IMG/VR virus record: IMGVR_UViG_3300028920_000022
Span: 186,001-250,000 of that record
Direction: 5' to 3' (one strand)
DNA: 64,000 nt
Position 1 is the first letter of the stretch. Every line of letters starts with the position of its first letter. Shown piece by piece: positions 1-8,934 of this stretch. The notes beneath the pieces are model-generated. The model worked only from the letters and a program-made list of their open reading frames with translations. It was not told where the DNA came from and did not search any database. Both the position numbers and the translations under genes were made by a program.

Positions 1-665
1 GATTTCGCCAAGCGCTCGTGATCTTGTGTGGTGAACCCATGCTGGTACATTTCATTACCTTTAATAAAATAAGGAGGATCTAAATACATAAAAGCTTGAC
101 AATCATTATTTTTAATTAGCTCTTCAAAGTCCAAACTCCAACACTTGTACCCACGCACGTGTGTGTTTGATAATAGTGGGTAAATGTTATCTATATTTTT
201 AAACAGCGTTTTAGGGGACCAGCGACAATCTATTTTGTATTGTGACTTTTGGTTTACACCACCTAAGGGTCCACCAGATTTCGTGCCCAAACCAGAATAA
301 GATATTTGATGTATGGCGAGTTTTTTGAATCCTACATCGGTAATATCGAAAATATTAGGAATAGACGTTAATTCCTTTTTAAATTCCCAAAAATGAGATG
401 TGTTGGGAACAAATGAACTGATTTTTTCTTTTAAACCTTCTGAGTCTATTAGGATAGCCGTCCAGAGGGCAGCCATTCCCTTATCGATATCATTTATCCA
501 CAGTTTTTTGATGTTAATATTTGATAATAGTTTAAAACCAATCGAGCCCCCTCCAAAGAAAGGTTCTCTATATTCTGCGTTGGTATTTTTTTCAAATATA
601 GAGGTGAGTGCTGCGAGTATTGGTTTACTAATTTTGGCTTTTCCGCCTGGATATCGCAATAACAT
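1..665 (-). CDS. dam: DNA adenine methyltransferase (Dam/D12-class), partial; runs off the window start
   Basis: Manual minus-strand translation from ATG at 665: MLLRYPGGKAKISKP...EYREPFFGGGSIG (motif X/I)...FMYLDPPYFIKG (motif IV, DPPY at about 80-69). No stop before position 1, which is why the ORF track lacks it. Confidence 0.9.
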   Translation of the reverse strand, partial: MLLRYPGGKAKISKPILAALTSIFEKNTNAEYREPFFGGGSIGFKLLSNINIKKLWINDIDKGMAALWTAILIDSEGLKEKISSFVPNTSHFWEFKKELTSIPNIFDITDVGFKKLAIHQISYSGLGTKSGGPLGGVNQKSQYKIDCRWSPKTLFKNIDNIYPLLSNTHVRGYKCWSLDFEELIKNNDCQAFMYLDPPYFIKGNEMYQHGFTTQDHERLAK

Positions 666-734
666 CATCGGGATGTATGGGAAAAACCAGCAGTCTCGAC
701 GCTATTCAGGCTGGTAATAGAGAAACATAAGAGT

Positions 735-1319
735 ATGGTCAAGTTTAAAGTATCCGAATCGGCAAATTGTCAGGTGTGTAGCGAGGAATTCCATGATTTC
801 CAGCTAAAAACCACCAAAGTAGGTTCTAAAGTACTGGACATTTGTCCAGGATGTCTTGAATCCTTTTCTAATTATGTAGATGCGGCTAAAATTTTAAACA
901 AGATTGCTCAACCAGCAGATGTTCAACTGGAGTCTCCTAATGTGGTTGTAGAGCCTATGCAACCGGTCATTCAGCGTGCTACAGAAGTTTTGAAGAGAAT
1001 GGATCCTAATTATTTTATTGGTGTTAGGAAAATCAAGGCGGGCGTTTCTCCTTATTTTGGGCATGTAGAATCTGGTCCAGACAAAGACCCAGCTGTTATT
1101 AATATTAATCTAGGTATGGTTTCCCAGAAGGCACGAGAATATAATGCTAATCCCGTTATAGCTTCTGCTATTGTTATTGCTCACGAAAAGGGACATGTGG
1201 GTAGTTATGAACAGCAACAGGGGTTTGTAGGTGGAGAATCTCCTGCCGAACAAGAAGAGCAAAGAGTGGCTGCTTGGATTGAAAAGAACAAAGATCGTTT
1301 GCAAGATTTGATGCAATAA
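735..1319 (+). CDS. Zn-finger plus HExxH putative metallopeptidase
   Basis: N-terminal CQVC...CPGC; IAHEKGH zincin motif followed by downstream glutamates (GGESPAEQEE). Confidence 0.5.
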   Translation: MVKFKVSESANCQVCSEEFHDFQLKTTKVGSKVLDICPGCLESFSNYVDAAKILNKIAQPADVQLESPNVVVEPMQPVIQRATEVLKRMDPNYFIGVRKIKAGVSPYFGHVESGPDKDPAVININLGMVSQKAREYNANPVIASAIVIAHEKGHVGSYEQQQGFVGGESPAEQEEQRVAAWIEKNKDRLQDLMQ

Positions 1320-1333
1320 TCGATAGGTAATTT

Positions 1334-1663
1334 ATGGATATTATAAAACTAGCAAAACATTTTGAAAATAAAATTTCTAAAACATCTGGAGCTTTCGGTT
1401 CCGGAATAGACCGCTCCGATATTGAAAATATTCAAAATTCTCTTAATCAAGCAATAGATTCTATAGACCAAGGCGAGAGAGTTGCTAAACATCTTCAACA
1501 AAACGCAAAAGAGCCTATGAGAAGATTATTATCCAAAATTGAAGCTCGTTTTAGAGCCGCTAAAAAGGATTTATCTGAAAGCCAGTGGAGTACGTATAAT
1601 GAAAGTTATGATTCTGTTGGTGTTATGATAAAACAATTGATGAAGTCTATGGGAAATTGGTAA
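1334..1663 (+). CDS. hypothetical helical protein
   Basis: ATG ORF packed in the + strand gene array; no recognised motif. Confidence 0.6.
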   Translation: MDIIKLAKHFENKISKTSGAFGSGIDRSDIENIQNSLNQAIDSIDQGERVAKHLQQNAKEPMRRLLSKIEARFRAAKKDLSESQWSTYNESYDSVGVMIKQLMKSMGNW

Positions 1664-1672
1664 GTGTGAGTT

Positions 1673-2014
1673 GTGGTCTATGACGATGATGATCGTACCG
1701 ATGATCCAATGTTTAAACGTTGGGCAAAGGCAGTTAAAGTAAGAGACAATTTTACTTGCCAGGTTTGTGGGAAGCGTGGTGTTTATTTGGAAAGTCATCA
1801 TTTGAATGCTTGGCAATCTTTTCCTGACGAAAGGTTTGACCTATCAAACGGTGTGACTTGTTGTGTGTCCTGCCACAAACATTTTCACGAGAGTTTTTCG
1901 TATGGTGATGCTACCAAGTGGCAATTCGAACAATTTAAAAAGATAGCGAATAAATTTCGTTGGATGTTGTCGAGGGAAGAAGGTGTGGACGACAACCATT
2001 TCGATGATGATTGA
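1673..2014 (+). CDS. HNH endonuclease
   Basis: VKVRDNFTCQVCG...ESHHLNAW...SNGVTCCVSCHKHFH is a typical small phage HNH with CxxC pairs. Confidence 0.85.
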   Translation: MVYDDDDRTDDPMFKRWAKAVKVRDNFTCQVCGKRGVYLESHHLNAWQSFPDERFDLSNGVTCCVSCHKHFHESFSYGDATKWQFEQFKKIANKFRWMLSREEGVDDNHFDDD

Positions 2015-2626
2015 GATTCCAGAGTTTAAATTCGCTCTTAGAGAAGATTTAAAAGATAAACCCGAATTCCTTCCAGCAAGAGCAGAAGAGTTGGCAACTG
2101 GTTGGGACGTTCGTTGCGCCGAGCCTGATGGTGTAAAGTTTTTTCCATTTACCCATGTTAAAATGCGACTTGGGTTTCGTATGTTTGCTCCACCAGGCTG
2201 GTGGTTGGAACTTCGTCCTCGCTCTTCAACTCATGCTAAGAAGAATCTTCATGCTCTTTATGGCGTTATAGACAACACTTTCGAAAATGAGTTACTTTTC
2301 TCATCGCAATATATTCCCCCTACTATTTGGAAACCTGTTTATAATTTTAATTATTTTCCGAAACCGCCAGAGGATGCCGTTCCGGATTATTGGTGTTTGG
2401 GCAATGATGGGTTTTTCGTGGATGATCATCATGGTTAGCTAATTTTAAAGCACATCACGAAGATCCATTACTTGAGGTCAAATTTGGAGAGCGTATTGGT
2501 CAGGTGCGACCTGTTCGTTTAGAAAGCATGAATGTAGTTTCTGTTTCCAACGAAGAATACGACAGATTGTGTAAAGAAAGAAATGCTTCCAGAGGAACTG
2601 GCGGGTTTGGATCTACAGGAGAATAA
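2004..2626 (+). pseudogene. dut: trimeric dUTPase split over two frames (frameshift at about 2426-2438, or an assembly indel)
   Basis: Motifs 1-3 (TGWDV, RPRSS, GVIDNTF) lie in the 1983-frame ORF ending TAG 2436-2438. Motifs 4-5 (KFGERIGQ, RGTGGFGSTG) lie in the -1 frame, open from 2426 to TAA 2624-2626. Confidence 0.8.
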
Positions 2627-2629
2627 GAC

Positions 2630-2938
2630 ATGAGTGCTGTTTTTGATTTAGACCAGTTAATAAAAAGTTTGAACGAATTTGTGGCAACAGACCAGGAAGC
2701 TATCAAGTTGTTGATAGAAAATCGTGTTCCATGCAATGAAGAAATGAAAAACCATCCCACAATACAAGTTCAGTGTGATAAAGAAGGAAATAATCCGGAA
2801 GTTGGTTTGTTGGGTATATTAAATGGATTAATCGGAATTCATCATAGTGGTTGGGGATATTTGTCTGCCGAGATGGAGGAAGGTGGTAGGTTAATTGAGT
2901 TCAAACGCTCACCTGGCACGGAAGAAGATGATGGTTGA
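2630..2938 (+). CDS. hypothetical protein
   Basis: ATG ORF abutting its neighbours. Confidence 0.6.
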   Translation: MSAVFDLDQLIKSLNEFVATDQEAIKLLIENRVPCNEEMKNHPTIQVQCDKEGNNPEVGLLGILNGLIGIHHSGWGYLSAEMEEGGRLIEFKRSPGTEEDDG

Positions 2939-3530
2939 TTTGTTTCCTAAGGACCGTTTATTAAAACTTGTTGCTGATCAAATAAATAATTGCACAGAAT
3001 GTGAGCTGTGTAAAGATTCTGGTAAAAAGGTTCCGGGGGAAGGTAATAGGAACGCTGAGATTGTTTTGTGTGGAGAAGCTCCTGGCGCCAAAGAATCAGA
3101 ACTAGGTATTCCCTTTGTGGGTAGGGCTGGTAAGCTTCTCGATAATATGATTAAAGCTATGGGGTATAAGCGGGAAGATTTGTATATTCTTAATACTGTA
3201 AAATGTCGCCCACCCAATAACCGAAATCCTGAACCGGCGGAAATAGAGTCATGTGCTAAATATTTGGACATGCAGCTACAGATTATTGATCCCTTTCTTA
3301 TTATTGCTTTAGGCGCGGTAGCATCAGATCGTCTATTATCCGAAACAGTTGGACAAAGTCTTTCCAGCCGGCGTGGAAAGATACATTCTTTATGTATAGA
3401 TAAATCACGATATAATGTTATCTGCACATATCATCCGGCGTATTTGTTAAGAAATCCGGCAGCTAAAGCCGAAGCTCATAAAGATTTGACTTTGGTAAAA
3501 AACACTATTGATGAATGGCATGCGCTGTGA
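2928..3530 (+). CDS. udg: uracil-DNA glycosylase, family 4 (4Fe-4S)
   Basis: CTECELC, GEAPG, PFVGRAG, NTVKCRPPNNRNP, ESC, TYHPAYLLRNP. Start placed at the ATGATG at 2928/2931. Confidence 0.93.
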   Translation: MMVDLFPKDRLLKLVADQINNCTECELCKDSGKKVPGEGNRNAEIVLCGEAPGAKESELGIPFVGRAGKLLDNMIKAMGYKREDLYILNTVKCRPPNNRNPEPAEIESCAKYLDMQLQIIDPFLIIALGAVASDRLLSETVGQSLSSRRGKIHSLCIDKSRYNVICTYHPAYLLRNPAAKAEAHKDLTLVKNTIDEWHAL

Positions 3531-3574
3531 AAAGAAGGCATACTGCACGAACTTTGGAGAGGCTTGTTAAAAAC

Positions 3575-4528
3575 ATGAACAAATTTGGTTTGGCATCCCC
3601 TACGCCCGATTATCCTGCTGAAACGCCCATTACTGATATGGAACCAAAAGAATCAATTAAAGAAACCAATGTACAACTTTGGTCTTCTTCAGACAACAAT
3701 ACTTATTATGCCGTTGCTAGAACTGAAAGCTTATTGCCGCCGGATGTGTATGACATAGGTTATAATAATGGTACTATATTATTTAATAGGGTAAATTATT
3801 CTATAGAATCTTTAATTCGGTTTGAAGATTCTGCAATAGATAAGGTTGTGGGAGACATACAAACCTTTTGGAACAGAGAAGATTTATTTAAAGAATATGA
3901 TTTATTGTTTAGGCGCGGAATGTTATTATATGGACCTCCGGGTGGAGGCAAAAGTTGTACCGTTAAACTGATTGTACATGATGTTATTGAAAAGGGCGGA
4001 GTAGCGATAAACTTTACCGATCCACATTTGTTTATTCAAGGAATGCGTGTTTTTAGAACAATTCAACCAGAGACCCCTGTGGTTGTGATAATGGAAGATA
4101 TTGAGGCGCTATTGCGAAATTCGGATTCCTCCTCTATTTTGAATCTTTTGGATGGAATTAATGGGTTCGAGCGTATTGTATATTTAGCCACAACCAATTA
4201 CCCAGAAAAGCTGGAGCCACGTATAAAAAATCGTCCATCCAGGTTTGATCGGCGGTACAAGATAGACAACCCAGGACAAGAAACCAGGAAAACGTATCTT
4301 GATTTTCTCTTATCCAAATCGGATAAGATAAAAGGTTTGGATATAGAGAAGTGGGTTAAGGACACCAATGGAATGAGCTTTTCTCATATTAAGGAATTGT
4401 TTATTTCTGTGAATGTGTTTGGGTATTCTTATGATGAGGCGTTGGAAGATTTGAGAGAAATGTCTAAGAATATTACCTCAGAAGATGGAAAGAAACCTGC
4501 TGGGTTTTATAAGGATGAGGCGTGGTGA
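3575..4528 (+). CDS. AAA+ ATPase
   Basis: Walker A GPPGGGKS, Walker B VIMEDIE, second region of homology ATTNYPEKLEPRIKNRPSRFDR. Start chosen at ATG 3575. Confidence 0.9.
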   Translation: MNKFGLASPTPDYPAETPITDMEPKESIKETNVQLWSSSDNNTYYAVARTESLLPPDVYDIGYNNGTILFNRVNYSIESLIRFEDSAIDKVVGDIQTFWNREDLFKEYDLLFRRGMLLYGPPGGGKSCTVKLIVHDVIEKGGVAINFTDPHLFIQGMRVFRTIQPETPVVVIMEDIEALLRNSDSSSILNLLDGINGFERIVYLATTNYPEKLEPRIKNRPSRFDRRYKIDNPGQETRKTYLDFLLSKSDKIKGLDIEKWVKDTNGMSFSHIKELFISVNVFGYSYDEALEDLREMSKNITSEDGKKPAGFYKDEAW

Positions 4529-4770
4529 GCATGACCCAAGAAAACATGGATTTACGCGCTGATTTACGGACTGCTAGCGGAAATTTCAACAAAAACTCTG
4601 CGCTAGTTAGTTTTTTGTATGAGTTGATGAGGGATCACGTTACTCCTGGTGTGGTACAAAAGCTTATGGCTGAAGCTGTAGAAAATACAGACTGCCAGTA
4701 TTCTAATGGTTTTTTGGCACAGTATGCGGATTATTTAGCTAAAAAGTTAACGCAAGAGCAAGGTAGTTAA
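4522..4770 (+). CDS. hypothetical protein
   Basis: ORF coupled to its neighbours. Confidence 0.55.
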   Translation: MVSMTQENMDLRADLRTASGNFNKNSALVSFLYELMRDHVTPGVVQKLMAEAVENTDCQYSNGFLAQYADYLAKKLTQEQGS

Positions 4771-5070
4771 ATGGACGTCTGTAATGATTGTGGTTCGGAA
4801 TTCGCTGAATATTTTGTTACTGATGAGGTTTGGTTATCTATTGTTGGTTCTGCTGCCGGGTGTATTTGTTTAAATTGCTTGCACAAACGAGCCCTTAAAA
4901 AACAATTAGCCCCAAGTGCGTGGGCTGTGAATCCGTTGGAGTGGCGCGGGAATCTTAGCACTGAACAGGAGGCGTTCAATCAACGTGCGGATATAGAATC
5001 CGATAGAGATCGTTTAGTGGCAAACATAAAACAAATAATGCGAGAATTAGAAAATATTATAAAAACATGA
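4771..5070 (+). CDS. hypothetical Zn-finger protein
   Basis: CNDC...CLNC; starts immediately after the upstream stop. Confidence 0.55.
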   Translation: MDVCNDCGSEFAEYFVTDEVWLSIVGSAAGCICLNCLHKRALKKQLAPSAWAVNPLEWRGNLSTEQEAFNQRADIESDRDRLVANIKQIMRELENIIKT

Positions 5071-5420
5071 TGCTGTATAATTTTAAAAAAATATTTGATG
5101 CCCGTCACGACTTTAATGATTCGGATATAGAAGTATTAAAAGGACGTTATCCACAAATACGTTTTATTAATATTCCTACAGCTTGGATAGTTGTTATTGA
5201 CGAAATGTTATGTTCGATGCGTTATCATAATCCCATTGTGGCTGTAAAACAAGAATTTGGGCAATTGATAATAGATTTTTCTAATGATCCAGAATACCAA
5301 AAATATATTGATCAGTATCAAAAACACATCACCATAGCGGAAAATAAGGTTTTTAATATCGACAAAGATCTGTATGTACTTTTTGGTATAGATTTAGATG
5401 ACAAAATAAGGACCATATGA
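5067..5420 (+). CDS. hypothetical protein
   Basis: ATGA overlaps with both neighbours. Confidence 0.6.
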   Translation: MMLYNFKKIFDARHDFNDSDIEVLKGRYPQIRFINIPTAWIVVIDEMLCSMRYHNPIVAVKQEFGQLIIDFSNDPEYQKYIDQYQKHITIAENKVFNIDKDLYVLFGIDLDDKIRTI

Positions 5421-6397
5421 ACTGGAAATGGAAAGTGGGGATAGTTGCTGGCGTGCTGGCATTAATATCTGCTTTATTGCTGATTATTAAATATCAACAC
5501 GATACAATTAAGAAGCAGGAAGCAATTGCAAGCTCTTTGGTTGAACAAAAACAACTTGCTGACCAGATTATTAGGGCTCAGAATAAGTACGTAACCAGCG
5601 AAGACCTCGAAAAATATGCGAAAAACCTGGACACCAAATTAGAGCCAATCAAAAAGGATTTGGAAAAGTTCGATGCTGAAGTGAAAGGGGTGGGAGAGGT
5701 TAGAGTTGTGACTGTAGGATATAAAGGTACAGATATGTCTTCGGATGAGTCTGTTCCTCGTCCCTCAGAAGAGCAACCCAAAGAAGGAGACAACTTAGAT
5801 CCGTGGAATTATCAGCGAGCTGAACAAAGACTAAAGTTAAATGAACCGTTTTCTGATAATAAGAAAGTGCCCTGGGGAGAGGTTGGCTTTAAGGCTTGGA
5901 AACAACAGCCGTGGGATCTTTCTGTATACCCTAGAGATTATCAAGTAGTTAATGTGCTGGGGCAGGACGAAGAGGGGCGCCATTATGTTTATAGCAAGTT
6001 TAGCGTTAAAGTAAATGGCGAAAAACATGATATTAAAGTGGACAACTCTGAATTTTTGGAAGAGTACCCACAGTCTAAATTCAGGTTTTCTCCATCGTTA
6101 TACATGGGTGTAGGTGCTGGTGGGTATTTAACAGTTCCTAATTTCGCTGTCACACCAAATTTGCAAGCGTTTCTATTTTCTTATGGCAGAACCAAGTTAG
6201 TTCCTGAATGGGTTTTCCTGGGGTTAGGAATGGGTTATGAAACCATGGAACACCGGGTAGATTTTCTATTATCTCCGGTGGGTTATAATATTGGTACACA
6301 CATTCCACTTATTAAGAATTTGTATGTGGTACCAAGTGTGGGTGTAGATTTGCGTCAAGATTTCACTTTATTACTTGGAGTTAGTGTAGGTATTTAG
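5417..6397 (+). CDS. membrane-anchored protein: N-terminal TM helix, coiled coil, C-terminal amphipathic beta strands
   Basis: VGIVAGVLALISALLLII TM segment; heptad region; alternating Gly/hydrophobic strands ending FTLLLGVSVGI. Confidence 0.65.
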   Translation: MNWKWKVGIVAGVLALISALLLIIKYQHDTIKKQEAIASSLVEQKQLADQIIRAQNKYVTSEDLEKYAKNLDTKLEPIKKDLEKFDAEVKGVGEVRVVTVGYKGTDMSSDESVPRPSEEQPKEGDNLDPWNYQRAEQRLKLNEPFSDNKKVPWGEVGFKAWKQQPWDLSVYPRDYQVVNVLGQDEEGRHYVYSKFSVKVNGEKHDIKVDNSEFLEEYPQSKFRFSPSLYMGVGAGGYLTVPNFAVTPNLQAFLFSYGRTKLVPEWVFLGLGMGYETMEHRVDFLLSPVGYNIGTHIPLIKNLYVVPSVGVDLRQDFTLLLGVSVGI

Positions 6398-6428
6398 GCA
6401 TATTTCGGGATATTTTTAGGAGACAAAT

Positions 6429-6584
6429 ATGCTACCATTTCTCTACGAAAAGAAAGAAAAAGAGAATAAGGATTATCTAGAACGTTTATATATTGAGGAC
6501 TATGTCCCGGAACAGATCACCAAAAAAGACGATAAAGACTCCAATAAAAAAGATAAACGCGGAGTAGTAATTATTCAGATGTAG
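6429..6584 (+). CDS. small hypothetical protein (51 aa, below the ORF-track cutoff)
   Basis: AGGAG SD upstream; MLPFLYEKKEKENKDYLERLYIEDYVPE...GVVIIQM*. Confidence 0.5.
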   Translation: MLPFLYEKKEKENKDYLERLYIEDYVPEQITKKDDKDSNKKDKRGVVIIQM

Positions 6585-6708
6585 TTTTTATGGTCATAAA
6601 GGTAGCAGTAAAAATGAAAGACGATAAAACGGTTGCTTGTGTTGTATATTACAACTCAGAAACCAAAGGTAACAATGTATGTGAGGTTTGTAATAAGGAG
6701 AACAGATT

Positions 6709-7260
6709 TTGAAGGGAAAACAGAATAAGAATTTTATACCTGTAGGTTACAAGATTAGAGCAAGAGAAGTTCGTTGTATAGATAATAATAACAATAATTT
6801 AGGTGTTATTCCTATACAGGAAGCTGTGGAAATTGCGTCAAAAGCTGGGTTAGATTTAGTGCAAATATCTCCAGCTAAAAACAATGATGCTCCAGTATGT
6901 AAGATTATCGATTATGGAAAATATAAATATGACTTGTCAAAACGGCAAAAGGAAAATGCCAAGAAACAAAGAGAAACGTCGGTTAAAACTAAGGAAATTA
7001 AATTCCGCCCGACTACTGGAATTAATGATTTAAGAGTAAAGGCGTCACATGCGGAGAAATTTATTAATGATGGTTTTAAGGTGAAAGTAACTATTACCTT
7101 CAAGGGTCGTGAAATGGCTCATAAGGAAGTGGGTTATGAGACTTTGCAACGCTTTGTCGAGCTTGTGTCTAACATGGAGTTAATTAGCCAACCAAGTTTG
7201 CAGGGTAGAATGTTATCTGTAATGGGCTCAAAAAAGACCGACGAAGCTAAAGCATCATGA
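6709..7260 (+). CDS. infC: translation initiation factor IF-3 (non-AUG start)
   Basis: KIRAREVRCID, GLDLVQIS, PVCKIIDYGKYKY, KEIKFRPTTGINDL, KVKVTITFKGREMAH; both IF3 domains present. TTG start (or ATT at 6706) after AAGGAG. Confidence 0.95.
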   Translation: MKGKQNKNFIPVGYKIRAREVRCIDNNNNNLGVIPIQEAVEIASKAGLDLVQISPAKNNDAPVCKIIDYGKYKYDLSKRQKENAKKQRETSVKTKEIKFRPTTGINDLRVKASHAEKFINDGFKVKVTITFKGREMAHKEVGYETLQRFVELVSNMELISQPSLQGRMLSVMGSKKTDEAKAS

Positions 7261-7423
7261 TCAAAAAGAAAAGGCTCCCATGGGGCAGTAAGCCATGTTG
7301 TAGTCAGCCTACTCCGGAGTATCATTATTCTTGGAAGGACGAAACTGGGTTATGTGCCAAATGTGGCAAAAGACTTAGGTTTGGTAGCCGGTTATATTGG
7401 GAACGTATTCGAAAGCATAAAAC

Positions 7424-7939
7424 ATGATTTTAACTGATGAAGTTGCTCTACGGATAAAATGTGAAGACGTATTACCGGATGAGATTGGTTCTATACGTGA
7501 AGCCTTAGAGTCCGAATTACAACATTCTGCAGAGCTTGGCAGTCCGGGCGTGGGTTTAGCGGCACCACAGATCGGAATTGCTAAAAAGATGGCGATTGTA
7601 CGTCATGGAGATTTTAATATAGATCTAGTTAACTGTAAGGTGTTGAAAGGATTTGATAAAACAATTTTTGATGGCGAAGGGTGTTTATCTTTTCCTGGCA
7701 AATTTGTTAAAACTAATAGATATCAAGAGCTGCATGTTGTTGAAAACCTTATAGAACCTTATAATTTTATTGCGAGAGGTTTTTTAGCAGTAGTAACTGC
7801 TCATGAAATTGATCATTTATTTGGGGTTCTACTTCCAGATGTAGAAATAAAAGAAAAGATTAATAAAAAACGCAAGTTAAGACCTAATGATTTGTGTTTT
7901 TGTGGTTCCGGTAAAAAATATAAAAAATGTTGTATGTAG
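7424..7939 (+). CDS. def: peptide deformylase with C-terminal SEC-C motif
   Basis: GVGLAAPQIG, EGCLS, HEIDH motifs; tail RPNDLCFCGSGKKYKKCC. Confidence 0.93.
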   Translation: MILTDEVALRIKCEDVLPDEIGSIREALESELQHSAELGSPGVGLAAPQIGIAKKMAIVRHGDFNIDLVNCKVLKGFDKTIFDGEGCLSFPGKFVKTNRYQELHVVENLIEPYNFIARGFLAVVTAHEIDHLFGVLLPDVEIKEKINKKRKLRPNDLCFCGSGKKYKKCCM

Positions 7940-7964
7940 GCGTAGTAGGCATACTTACGCCTAT
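7936..7964 (+). other. intergenic stem-loop
   Basis: gtaggcgtag (7936-7945) pairs with ttacgcctat (7955-7964), including G-U pairs; no U-tract follows. Confidence 0.35.
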
Positions 7965-7978
7965 ACGTAGGTGTAACC

Positions 7979-8230
7979 ATGGAAGACAAAAAAGTACAGC
8001 AAAAAAGCGAAGAAATAAACCAAAATTATGACCAAGCACTGACTGAATTATTGTTTAGGGTGTCAGCGTTAGAACAGGTTCTTATTGAGCGCGGAATAGT
8101 TAGCCGTGAAGAGTTAGTCTTGGTAGTTAAAGAATCATTAAAGAAGATGGTTTCTCATCTAGCTTCTGATGGTAAGATTAGAAATGCTGATGTTATTTTA
8201 GAAAAAATTGACAAAAAGGTTTCTAACTAA
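7979..8230 (+). CDS. hypothetical protein
   Basis: ATG ORF, helical. Confidence 0.6.
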   Translation: MEDKKVQQKSEEINQNYDQALTELLFRVSALEQVLIERGIVSREELVLVVKESLKKMVSHLASDGKIRNADVILEKIDKKVSN

Positions 8231-8278
8231 AACTGTACTAATAAACCAATTTTAAATTAGACAGTATGGGTGTTAATT

Positions 8279-8593
8279 ATGCAGGCAATTACGAATGAAT
8301 CTGATTTTAATATTGACTCTGGTTTAGTAGCAGTAAAGTTTTGGGCGGCGTGGTGTGCCCCATGTAAAAGGATGGAGCCAGTTATTAGAAAAATGGAATC
8401 AGAATTCGAGAAAGTTAAGTTTATATCTATAGATATAGATCAGGTGCCAGTAATTGCGCAAAAATACCGAATAAGAGGGCTTCCTTCCTTATTATTATTC
8501 AAAAATGGGCATGAAGTTAACAGAATTAATGGATTAGTTTTGACGAGTCCGCTACGAAAGGCATTTAAAGATTTAGCAAAAGAAGAAGACTAG
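8279..8593 (+). CDS. trxA: thioredoxin
   Basis: VKFWAAWCAPCKRM active site; IRGLPSLLLFKNG cis-Pro loop. Confidence 0.93.
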   Translation: MQAITNESDFNIDSGLVAVKFWAAWCAPCKRMEPVIRKMESEFEKVKFISIDIDQVPVIAQKYRIRGLPSLLLFKNGHEVNRINGLVLTSPLRKAFKDLAKEED

Positions 8594-8622
8594 TGTTATA
8601 TAGCAAGACTAGGAGCTAAAAT

Positions 8623-8919
8623 ATGCCAAAACAACAGACAGAAGCAGACAAAATCTGGGATGAAATAAAGGATTTACCTATTTCTATGTTCACTTTACCT
8701 GGACAAAAGGTCAGTGATCATTTGGAAAAGCTTGAGGTTCCGGGAAATGAGCTGTATGTGCGACTTGTCTCTAGCGCTGTAATGGGTTCATTAGAGGAAG
8801 CTATTGGAGATAAATACGCAGTAGAACAGGCAGAGAAGTATACTATCATCAAGCGAGCCAATAAGGTAGTTATAGATGAGCCGGGTCCTCAACAGTATGT
8901 GCGACGGCGTGCACGCTAA
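8623..8919 (+). CDS. hypothetical protein
   Basis: AGGAG SD plus ATG ORF. Confidence 0.65.
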   Translation: MPKQQTEADKIWDEIKDLPISMFTLPGQKVSDHLEKLEVPGNELYVRLVSSAVMGSLEEAIGDKYAVEQAEKYTIIKRANKVVIDEPGPQQYVRRRAR

Positions 8920-8934
8920 TCGTATTTCTACACT

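Noticed and set aside
400-717. + strand 105-aa ORF in the track
   Set aside because: It is the shadow of the minus-strand methyltransferase.
2436-2438. TAG recoding (alternative genetic code) to explain the dUTPase stop
   Set aside because: Reading through the TAG in frame does not give motifs 4-5, which lie in another frame. TAG also ends several intact genes (6397, 7939, 45656, 60239).
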